A stretch of 64,000 bases of DNA from Macrostomum lignano. Taxonomy: Eukaryota. Under the pieces are notes generated by a model. The model worked only from the letters and a program-made list of their open reading frames with translations, was not told where the DNA came from and did no database searches. Positions 35,621 through 48,358 of the stretch are shown piece after piece (the first letter of the stretch is position 1; each line of letters starts with the position of its first letter). The stretch spans positions 62,001-126,000 of the forward strand of contig NIVC01000851.1 of the NCBI GenBank assembly GCA_002269645.1. Reading direction: 5' to 3'. The translations under genes and the position numbers were made by a program.

Positions 35621-36775
35621 TATTTGCATTACATTGGGTATACAATTAATGGATTTTGTTGGCTCCGGAAAAGCGTAAGCATTGATAGGTTATAAAATTT
35701 TGATTCGGATTTAAATAGAAACTCTCTTTCTATTTGAAGCAGTTCCAAACGAGACTACTATCAGTAGCTCCATAAGTTTGACCATGGCAATGGCATACTA
35801 GTTTATGCTTGGCTGCTGCTGTAAGCAGTAAATTATGGCGATAATCCATACTTTACGGCTTCCTCCACCCCTCCTCTCCCGCTCTGTCTTTGAGAAGATT
35901 GTCACGGTGATTGATGGCAGCAGCGCGGGGGACCACCCGGCGGCTCCATTGAAAAAGTTGGCCATGACAGGAAAATTTATTGTCACTTGGGGCAGGGGCT
36001 GAACGGGCCTCCCCCAGTCTGCGATGCAATAAATATAAATATGTGAATATGCAAATCTTTTGTGCTGTGCAGCCCCATTTTGTTTTGAAATTGTCCAAGC
36101 TTACGGGCTCTCGCTCTCCCCTCCCTCCCCTCCTCGCTCCCACTCTCTCGCTGCCCCATTGATTCATCGATCTGCCAGAAATCAGCTGGTAGTTCATGTG
36201 AGCTGCCAAACCTTTCTCTCTCTCTCTTTCTGGTTGCGCGGTGTGTCTTTCACAGTGCCGCCACCGCCTCCAGCGGCTTTTGAGTCGAGGATTTGAGAAG
36301 GCTGAACTGCGAGTCCCCCTGTCCCTCGGAGTCGGCCGGTCTCCCCATTATCCTGGCCTATCAATCACTCCCCGATTTGCTGGGCCGGTGGGGCCTGGCC
36401 GCGGCTCCTTTGACTGAACGACCTTCCAACCCCCCCCCCTTCACAGGCCTTCGCCGGCCTCCTCACTTGGCCGCGGTCATTCTGCGGAGGCTGAACTGCC
36501 GACAATTTGACGGCTGTCATTGCTAGTGGCTCACCGCGTGGTGGAGAGCAAGAGGGAAGTGGAGAACTCGCGGATGAAGTCCGGTGATTGATAGCTCGGC
36601 GGTCTGAGAGCGCGGCGAATCGCGCACACTGCATGCTTTGCGGCTGCGGCTAATGCAGAACTTCTGTACGGCAGGCCTGGTGCGGAAAACAATATTTACC
36701 ACTCTGTGATCCGCACTGGTATTTAACAGCATATAGCACTTTTATAGTGCTGTGCTTATGTTGGAAATTTGTTTA

Positions 36776-38378
<1,603 letters not shown>

Positions 38379-38929
38379 CAGTCCCAATGGCTCTCCAGCT
38401 GTTAAGAGCCTATAGGTGAGGCTAGTCTGCATGCAGTTCCAAATGCACCTGTCTGCGCACGCCTGTTTCGTGAGTTATTTTTTATAAAATGAATGGCCCG
38501 GCACGCCACACATTTTGATTTACTTCTTCGCTCACAAGAGGCGGCAATCTGTTGCACAGCCCGGGTAATGTATGCCCAGGGCGCGTGACACTTGCCGACA
38601 GGGAGGTGTTGGAGCCGCTTGGTCGGAAACCTTGCCTTTATTTGACTTTTTCTTTGCTAGTAAATCATGCTGCAATGAGATTTTGCCGAAGAAAACAAAA
38701 CAAGCGACAAAGAAACTTCATGCGATATTTGTCTGCAGTATACACTGGTTGTAATCCCACAAAGTCGAGCAAACAGTGTCTGCTATTGAAGACGTTCTTG
38801 AGCACAGTGGATAAGTGATGCTGCGTGGATAGATGGTCACTGGGACCATTGGATAGACAGTTTCTTCTTCCTTTTCAAATCACTGAGAGCTGTGAAGAAT
38901 CTTACGAGATCAAATATTGCACTGTTTGA

Positions 38930-39260
38930 GTCTCTCTCTGGTGTATCATGGAGGGTTCCTGATTCTCTCTGGTTTATCATGGAGGGTTCCTGATTCTCTC
39001 TGGTTTATCACGGAGGGTTCCTGATTCTCTCTGGTTTATCACGGAGGGTTCCTGATTCTCTCTGGTTTATCATGGAGGGTTCCTGATTCTCTCTCTGGTT
39101 TATCATGGAGGGTTCCTGATTCTCTCTGGTGTATCACGCAGGGTTCCTGATTCTCTCTGGTGTATCACGCAGGGTTCCTGATTCTCTCTGGTGTATCACG
39201 GAGGGTTCCTGATTCTCACTGGTTTATCACGGAGGGTTCCTGATTCTCTCTGGTTTATCA
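38930..39260. repeat. 31-bp minisatellite (GGAGGGTTCCTGATTCTCTCTGGTTTATCAT)n
   Basis: About 10 copies. Confidence 0.93.
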
Positions 39261-41255
39261 TAACCAACAAAAGCTTTGACCCTGAAGGTTCATTCATCGA
39301 GAATCACACGCTCGTACGTCGTTCAAAATGTATAAAAAATACCATTAAAACAAAGTCAGTTAAATTGCTTAACTTAATCCCAAAATCAGTAATTACTTAT
39401 TTATGAATTTACTGAAGTCACTTCAAGCCTCAGCCCGTCTGCGGTAGGCTAGATGGATGCTGGGCCGCCTCAGCACTGGAATGATGAAGATTTTTGACGG
39501 CGGCGAATACTGAAGAAATTTTTTAGTGTCGCATACGTTCTGTGCAGCCATTTTTTAGCTAGACTATCATCACGCGGTAAAAAAATAGGTCCCAGAATCC
39601 CAGAAGGCTACGCAGACTTAGAGTATACACTTACAAATGGAGATGCAGTGCATTGTAGCAGCTTTCGGCCAAAGCTAAAACAGTTAAAGAATTTTACAGA
39701 GACTTCTATTCTGATACTTGCCAGACTTCTATGCCAGTGCAGGCAGTTATTCCTCCCCTTCTTCTGGACCCTAAGGACGAATAACACCATAAACCTTTCC
39801 GCGACCCTCTACCCCCAGTCCTGGAAGCTGGTAAGGCGACCCAATAGCGAATAACTACACCGCCCAGCGATGGCTGCGCGCTACTTTCTTAGAAAACTGC
39901 GCAAGGGGGCCTGTGGCTGCAGGCTTGGCCCCGCCTGGTGGCTGTTGTTGAGGCGGCTCAGTGCTGTGTGGTGTGTTTGGTAGGGTAGACTCTCTTGTCA
40001 CTTTTATAATGACCATCAATCAAGTGGCTGCGCAGGGGTGGGGGCCCGGCGGGCGGAAAGAGAGAAAGAGAGAGAGAGGGGGTTATAAATAGGAGTCCCA
40101 CAGTTTTACACCCATCATGCGCAGACATAAATCAGGTTTCAGACTGACGAACGACACAGTCAGTATGCGCCAGGGACTGAGAGAGAGGCAGGCATCGGAC
40201 CAGGGAGGGGGAGGGGTAGAAGAGAGGGCGCGACCCCCCTTCTCTGTGATCTTGCCGCCGATGCGGTCGCCCCATTGGATCACGAGGGTTGGTGGGCGGG
40301 GGTTAGCGGCCCCTACCTCCTCATCCATTCCAAGATCGGGTGGCCATAAACTCAGCGCGCGCATGCGTTACAGGCGAATACACGCAACTGCGCTCACAAG
40401 CACACAGAGGGGGCAGTCGTTAAATTTTTTAACTCCAAAAAGCCAAAAGCTCCTGCTGCAAAGCGAGATCAAAGATCCTTAAGCCTTACATGCCCTTACA
40501 TTGTGTTCAGCGCTTTCGAACTTGACCAAAAAGTAAGTTTGTTTGGCTTGCTGAACCTTATCTATAGATCTTCATCTGCTCTCAAGCATGTCAATCAAAT
40601 TATTTAACTGCATGCGATGCCTTTATAACAAAGAAAAACGAAGGAATTTCCATATCGAGTTGGTCTCAGATTCCAGATCATCACTTCCTCCCAGATTCTC
40701 CTCAGCTTCATCAACCCCTACCCCCTAATCCAGGTGAAGTGAAGGCATAGCTAATGTGTGTCTGCTGCAAGCAAGGATGGGGCTATGCAGTAAAGAGACA
40801 AGCTGCAGTGCTCAGGGGCGATATTCTCCTCTATATAATAATGCGCACTTTCTCCTTGCAGCACTTCCCATCTATGCAGCGAGCCTGCTCCATCTTTCAC
40901 TCTCCCCGATCTCCTCTTTTCTCCCCCTTTCTCTCCTCTCCTCAATTTCTGCCAGCTCCCCAAACCTACTTATCCATCATCAGGGGTGCCTCTCTCCCCA
41001 AAGAACTAGCATATAATATATAGTATTTGCTCTTGTCTGATAGCCTCCGAGATTGACAGTTCGCTGATTACATGTCACCGCTGGGAGACCGGGGACGGAC
41101 TGCCTGGTTCCAACTATTTATAAATATGTATATGATTATGAAGGTTCTCTCCGGCTCCACTCCCCAGTGCCTCACTCTTCACCTCTTGTCCCAGTCCCCC
41201 TTAATCCCTTATACTCGCTGCACCTTTCGGACTCAAACTCGGTTTTGGACTGCTT

Positions 41256-41810
41256 ACATCAATTTAGACATTGCTGACATCAATTTAGACATTGCTGACA
41301 TCAATTTAGACATTGCTGACATCAATTTAGACAATGCTGACATCAATTTAGACATTGCTGACATCAATTTAGACATTGCTGACATCAATTTAGACATTGC
41401 TGACATCAATTTAGACATTGCTGACATCAATTTAGACATTGCTGACATCAATTTAGACATTGCTGACATCAATTTAGACATTGCTGACATCAATTTAGAC
41501 ATTGCTGACATCAATTTAGACATTGCTGACATCAATTTAGACATTGCTGACATCAATTTAGACATTGCTGACATCAATTTAGACATTGCTGACATCAATT
41601 TAGACATTGCTGACATCAATTTAGACATTGCTGACATCAATTTAGACATTGCTGACATCAATTTAGACATTGCTGACATCAATTTAGACATTGCTGACAT
41701 CAATTTAGACATTGCTGACATCAATTTAGACATTGCTGACATCAATTTAGACAATGCTGACATCAATTTAGACAATGCTGACATCAATTAGAAAATGCTG
41801 ACATCAAATA
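41256..41810. repeat. 21-bp minisatellite (ACATCAATTTAGACATTGCTG)n
   Basis: About 26 near-perfect copies. Confidence 0.97.
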
Positions 41811-42084
41811 ATCAATAGAAATCAACCCTAAAATTATTGGAACACGTGAAAAATTCTTTTAGCGACCGAAATAATCTTTAATGACATCGGAGCGTCAAGT
41901 AGGTCTGGCAATTCAAAAATGTCACGGCTATACTATAATGGTTTGCAGAGAATCAGTTTGGCATTAATCAAGTGTCTGAGTTGTATTAAGTCGAATTTGC
42001 ATTTTTACAATCGTATTTAAACCTCAGCGACCTTTGCGAGATCTGGCGGTCGCTCCTTCTGCGCAGAATTGGCTGAGACCCAAG

Positions 42085-42350
42085 AGTTTTGGGTCGTAAA
42101 TCATAGAGTGGTAGATCATATACTCGTAGATCATAGAGAGATAGATCATAGATCATAGAGAGATAGATCATAGATCATAAAGAGGTAGATCATAGATCAT
42201 AGAGTGGTAGATCATAGAGAGATAGATTATAGATCATAGATAGAGAGATAGATTATAGATCATAGAGAGATAGATCATAGAGAGATAGATTATAGATCAT
42301 AGATAGAGAGATAGATTATAGATTATAGATAGAGAGATAGATCATAGATC
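42085..42350. repeat. AGATCATAG/GATAGA-type degenerate satellite
   Basis: Direct reading. Confidence 0.85.
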
Positions 42351-42409
42351 ATAGTGTTAGAGTGATGAAGTGAGTGGTAGATTAGAAATCAAATAGAGCA
42401 TTTAGAAGA

Positions 42410-44030
42410 GAGACAGAGGCAGAGAGATCGCAGAGCAGCAGAGAGACAGTGGCAGAGAGATCGCAGAGCAGCAGAGAGACAGAGGCAGAGAGACAGTGGC
42501 AGAGAGATCGCAGAGCAGCAGAGAGACAGAGGCAGAGAGATCGCAGAGCAGCAGAGAGACAGAGGCAGAGAGACAGAGGCAGAGAGACAGAGGCAGAGAG
42601 ACAGAGGCAGAGAGACAGAGGCAGAGAGACAGAGGCAGAGAGACAGAGGCAGAGAGACAGAGGCAGAGAGACAGAGGCAGAGAGACAGAGGCAGAGAGAC
42701 AGAGGCAGAGAGACAGAGGCAGAGAGACAGAGGCAGAGAGACAGAGGCAGAGAGACAGAGGCAGAGAGACAGAGGCAGAGAGACAGAGGCAGAGAGACAG
42801 AGGCAGAGAGACAGAGGCAGAGAGACAGAGGCAGAGAGACAGAGGCAGAGAGACAGAGGCAGAGAGACAGAGGCAGAGAGACAGAGGCAGAGAGACAGAG
42901 GCAGAGAGACAGAGGCAGAGAGACAGAGGCAGAGAGACAGAGGCAGAGAGACAGAGGCAGAGAGACAGAGGCAGAGAGACAGAGGCAGAGAGACAGAGGC
43001 AGAGAGACAGAGGCAGAGAGATCGCAGAGCAGCAGAGAGACAGAGGCAGAGAGATCGCAGAGCAGCAGAGAGACAGAGGCAGAGAGATCGCAGAGCAGCA
43101 GAGAGACAGAGGCAGAGAGATCGCAGAGCAGCAGAGAGACAGAGGCAGAGAGATCGCAGAGCAGCAGAGAGACAGAGGCAGAGAGACAGAGGCAGAGAGA
43201 CAGAGGCAGAGAGACAGAGGCAGAGAGACAGAGGCAGAGAGACAGAGGCAGAGAGATCGCAGAGCAGCAGAGAGACAGAGGCAGAGAGTCAGTGGCAGAG
43301 AGATCGCAGAGCAGCAGAGAGACAGAGGCAGAGAGATCGCAGAGCAGCAGAGAGACAGAGGCAGAGAGACAGAGGCAGAGAGATCGCAGAGCAGCAGAGA
43401 GACAGAGGCAGAGAGATCGCAGAGCAGCAGAGAGACAGAGGCAGAGAGACAGAGGCAGAGAGATCGCAGAGCAGCAGAGAGACAGAGGCAGAGAGACAGA
43501 GGCAGAGAGATCGCAGAGCAGCAGAGAGACAGAGGCAGAGAGACAGAGGCAGAGAGATCGCAGAGCAGCAGAGAGACAGAGGCAGAGAGACAGAGGCAGA
43601 GAGATCGCAGAGCAGCAGAGAGACAGAGGCAGAGAGACAGAGGCAGAGAGATCGCAGAGCAGCAGAGAGACAGAGGCAGAGAGACAGAGGCAGAGAGATC
43701 GCAGAGCAGCAGAGAGACAGAGGCAGAGAGACAGAGGCAGAGAGATCGCAGAGCAGCAGAGAGACAGAGGCAGAGAGACAGAGGCAGAGAGATCGCAGAG
43801 CAGCAGAGAGACAGAGGCAGAGAGACAGAGGCAGAGAGATCGCAGAGCAGCAGAGAGACAGAGGCAGAGAGACAGAGGCAGAGAGACAGAGGCAGAGAGA
43901 TCGCAGAGCAGCAGAGAGACAGAGGCAGAGAGATCGCAGAGCAGCAGAGAGACAGAGGCAGAGAGACAGAGGCAGAGAGATCGCAGAGCAGCAGAGAGAC
44001 AGAGGCAGAGAGACAGAGGCAGAGAGACAG
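42410..44030. repeat. Composite satellite of 14-bp (GAGACAGAGGCAGA) and 19-bp (GAGATCGCAGAGCAGCAGA) units
   Basis: A pure 14-mer run is followed by alternating 14/19-mer patterns. Confidence 0.95.
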
Positions 44031-45169
44031 TTGTTGGCGCTAGGCATATGAAATGAAAAAGACAGCAGAAGCAGAACGCACCAACCGACCACTGTTGTGA
44101 CGGTGGCAGCTGCTGCAGCCACCGCGTAAATGATAAATTGTATAGCCTATTGAGTACAGCCTACCTTTAAAGCCCCCAGTGTCTTAAAGTTTACAACTTT
44201 CCGTGGGTTTTTAGCCCCCCCCCTTCCTCCCAAGTCTCAGTCTCAGACCGACCGACACCTTTTTAACTGGAGGCCTGGCCCTGAGGCTTTAGGTAATAGA
44301 CAGACAGACAGACAGACCGCGCGGTGGAGTGGACGGCGGAGTCAAGAGAGCGAGTGGCTGCGACTGCAACTGGCAAAGTGACACACCAGTCACATGCACC
44401 CAATAGCGGTTATTGTGGGTTACACACAGGAATGAAATGAGCGGGGCAGAGAGAGGGTGCAATAAAATTGTCTGAGAATGCCGCCCGCCGCCGTCCGCGG
44501 GGCTCATGCATCAAAGTGGCGTTTTACGACCGGCCTGCCCTTGCCCCCCCCCCCCTCCTCCCCATAGCTTTTGGTGGCGGGCCGCCTTTGATGCAATGAT
44601 GCGACTCGTCTGCGCTGACAGATTGATGTCTTTCGAGGAGGCCGGCACGCGAGCCAGCCCTAGAGAGGGGGGGGGGAGGGGCGGCAGCGACTGCGCAGCG
44701 GTTTTGATTTACGGCTGAGGCCCCCGCAACCTTCCAATCCAATTCCAGAGTTTTGGCCGGGGGGCTGCTGCGGCTGCTAGGGCAGGAAGATAGAGAAAGA
44801 AACAGGAAAACATTGAAAGAAAATTTAAAGGTGAGATAGAGGGATAGACCCGGTATTGTCTGGGCCATCAGTCTCCTAAGTCTGACTTTAGGGAAACCAA
44901 ACGCAGACTGTGGGGTCGGCAACTGCCATAATTTTATCTTTGTTTCCGCATTTGCTTTAAAGAAGAAAGGTGAGCCAGCCAGGTTTCTTCTAGGTGCAAC
45001 GCAAGTAGTGAGGTGAGGCCCGTGCTGTTCCACTTTAAAATGGAATTTACCGGATGACCGAAACTTCAAACTGGCAATCTTCGTATTAAAATTGGCTCCG
45101 TTTGAAAAAAATGACAATCAGAAAGAAGCTACCCAAATACCGGTAAAAATCGCACCCCAGACCTCAGAT

Positions 45170-46840
45170 TAGAAAATGGCACCTCAGAGTAAAAAGGACA
45201 TTCTCAGAATTAAAATGGCAGTCTCAGATCTAAAAATGGCACCCTCAGATTAAAGAATGGTACCTTTAGCTCTATGGCTATGGCACGCTCAGATAAAAAA
45301 TGGCACCCTCAGATAAAAAATTACACCCTCAAATTAAAAAATGGCACCCTCAGATAAAAAATGGCACCCTCAGATAAAAAATACCACCCTCAGATAAATA
45401 ATGACACCCTGAGATTGAAACATGGCACTTGAGATTTATGACAACCTCAGATTAAAAATGGCACCTCAGATTAAAAATGGCACCCTCAGATTAAAAATGG
45501 CACCTCAGATTAAAAATGGCACCCTCAGATTAAAAACGGCATCTCCAGATTAAAAAGGCATTCTCAGCTTAATAATGGCATTCTCAGATTCAAAAATGGC
45601 ACCTCAGATTTGAGAATGGCATCCTCAGATTAAAAATGGCATCCTCAGATTAAAAATGGCATCCTCAGATTAAAAATGGCATCCTCAGATTAAAAATGGC
45701 ATCCTCAGATCAAAAATGGCACCTCAGATTAAAAATGGGACCCTCAGATTAAAAATGGCACCTCAGATTAAAAATGGCACCCTCAGATTAAAAACGGCAT
45801 CCTCAGATTAAAAATGGCATCCTCAGATTAAAAATGGCATCCTCAGATTAAAAATGGCATCCTCAGATTAAAAATAACATCCTCAGATCAAAAATGGCAC
45901 CTCAGATTAAAAACGGCATCTCCAGATTAAAAAGGCATTCTCAGCTTAATAATGGCATTCTCAGATTCAAAAATGGCACCTCAGATTTGAGAATGGCATC
46001 CTCAGATTAAAAATGGCATCCTCAGATTAAAAATGGCATCCTCAGATTAAAAATGGCATCCTCAGATTAAAAATGGCATCCTCAGATTAAAAATGGCATC
46101 CTCAGATCAAAAATGGCACCTCAGATTAAAAACGGCATCTCCAGATTAAAAAGGCATTCTCAGCTTAATAATGGCATTCTCAGATTTAAAAATGGCACCT
46201 CAGATTAAAAATGACACCCTGAGATTGAAACATGGCACTTGAGATTTATGACAACCTCAGATTAAAAAATGGCACCTCAGATTAAAAATGGCACCCTCAG
46301 ATAAAAAATGACACCCTCAAATTAAAAAATGGCACCCTCAGATAAAAAATACCACCCTCAGATAAAAAATACCACCCTCAGATAAAAAATGACACCCTGA
46401 GATTGAAACATGGCACTTGAGATTTATGACAACCTCAGATTAAAAATGGCACCTCAGATTAAAAATGGCACCCTCAGATTAAAAATGGCACCTCAGATTA
46501 AAAATGGCACCCTCAGATAAAAAATGACACCCTCAAATTAAAAAATGGCACCCTCAGATAAAAAATGGCACCCTCAGATAAAAAATACCACCCTCAGATA
46601 AAAAATGACACCCTGAGATTGAAACATGGCACTTGAGATTTATGACAACCTCAGATTCAAAAATGGCACCTCAGATTAAAAATGGCATCTCCAGATTAAA
46701 AAGGCATTCTCAGCTTAATAATGGCATTCTCAGATTCAAAAATGTCACCATCAGATTTGAGAATGGCATCCTCAGATTCAAAAATGGCACCCTCAGATTT
46801 GAGAATGGCATCCTCAGATTAAAAATGGCATCCTCAGATA
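45170..46840. repeat. ~19-20-bp satellite (AAAAATGGCACCCTCAGATT)n with higher-order cassettes
   Basis: Two distinctive cassettes each recur four times. Confidence 0.92.
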
Positions 46841-48358
46841 AAGCCAGTTAAAGTGCCTGCGTGCAGTGGAATTTTATGCGGCAAGATACAAAACCCTTTA
46901 CACTTTCACAACGCTTGCCGCAATTCTCTCTCTGAGTTTTATTTATTGCCAACATGCATATATTCCATGCAGTTTCCAACTTGCTGATTTCTCCTCCTTT
47001 CCTAGAGTCTACATTCGAGCCTTTTGAAGTTCAAGCTGCCTCCGCCCATACGTGAAATATAGATATTTATTCACCCCGCGGGGAAAAAGGCTTTCAGCGC
47101 CAAGGCGCAATAATTGTATAGAATTTCGGCTGTCTCCAAGTGAGGTCGTGTCCCCCCCCTATTTGGCGCTTTGATGCAACTCAAATAGCTCAGAGCTTTG
47201 GCACCAAATTGCTCTGTTTTCAACCTATTGCATATACAGCGGCTTCTGGGCCTTGGCAGTGGGTGGTCGTTATTGCCTTTTTGTAGCACTTCTGCTCTCC
47301 GGCTGGCAAGAGGGCGGAGGGATCAGGTTTGGGGCACTAAATTATGTTTCAGAAATGTTTCAGAAGTTTTCCAGCCGTTAACCCCCCCCCTCTCTCTCTC
47401 TGCCTCACCTCAAATCATGCGATATATGCTCGATGGGTTTAGGAGAGCGGAGAGGCTGGTTCGCAGCAGCAGCAGCACCGCAAAAGTTCCGACAGTTTTA
47501 CAGCGTCCCTGTCAGGCCCCGATTCTTTACTCCCCCTGGTTCTCTCCCGGTTGCCGCTTTGCAGGTAAAAAAGTGGTTAATCGAAAAAATAACAAAATAA
47601 ACAACACAAAAAAGAGGCCAGACAGACTTCCTCGCAGATCTATCGCATTACTGCATGCAGTCCAGCTGCACTACCGGGCGTGTTTAAGGCGCATATTATT
47701 AATATGAAGTTGAATAGAGAGGCTGCATATATTCGAGTTCGTGAATGATATATGATGCAGGTCGCTAGTCTGTCACTGAGTCCTCGCGCTAGAATATTGG
47801 AGCTGAGTTTGTCTAGTTCAAGATGACTCCCCCCAGCAGCCTCGGAGCCTCATCTATTCAGTTTATGGTAGTTCTTGAAATTTATTGCCATTCAGGCCTG
47901 CATTTGATTATGGAAGTTTTTTCTGTCTCTCCGCCTGAGTCACTGACTAGCCCCGGTCCGCTCCAGCAAAACAGATACATTACAGCTCTGCTGCCTGCTT
48001 CCCTCCTCGGCCTCTTAAATCTTATTTCCCCGCGTAGACTAAAAATTTAGTTCATTAATTTAGATATATAGATTCGTGCTTTCTTGTTGAAGAGGAGCGA
48101 AGACCGCCGACTATCCCGCATGCACGGGCGGGCGCTGGCTGCTTGGAGGATTGCAAATACGTTTTTACTCGAATCAAATTGTAGCTAATACCGGAGAGGG
48201 AAACTGTTTTAAACTTTTTTTATTTGACAGAATTGGTTCCGCGACAGTTTATGTATGCTTGAAGCATCTTAAACTTAACAAAGAATCATCTTTATTCACT
48301 TGTGCCCGCCCGCACCTGCATTTCTGCTCTACAGCAGGCATCCGCCCGACTCATCAGG

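Noticed and set aside
47400-47570. Putative first coding exon of tsh ending GCAG|GTAAAA
   Set aside because: The site reads equally well as an acceptor, and the candidate peptide has no tsh-like MPRRKQ motif. Left unannotated.
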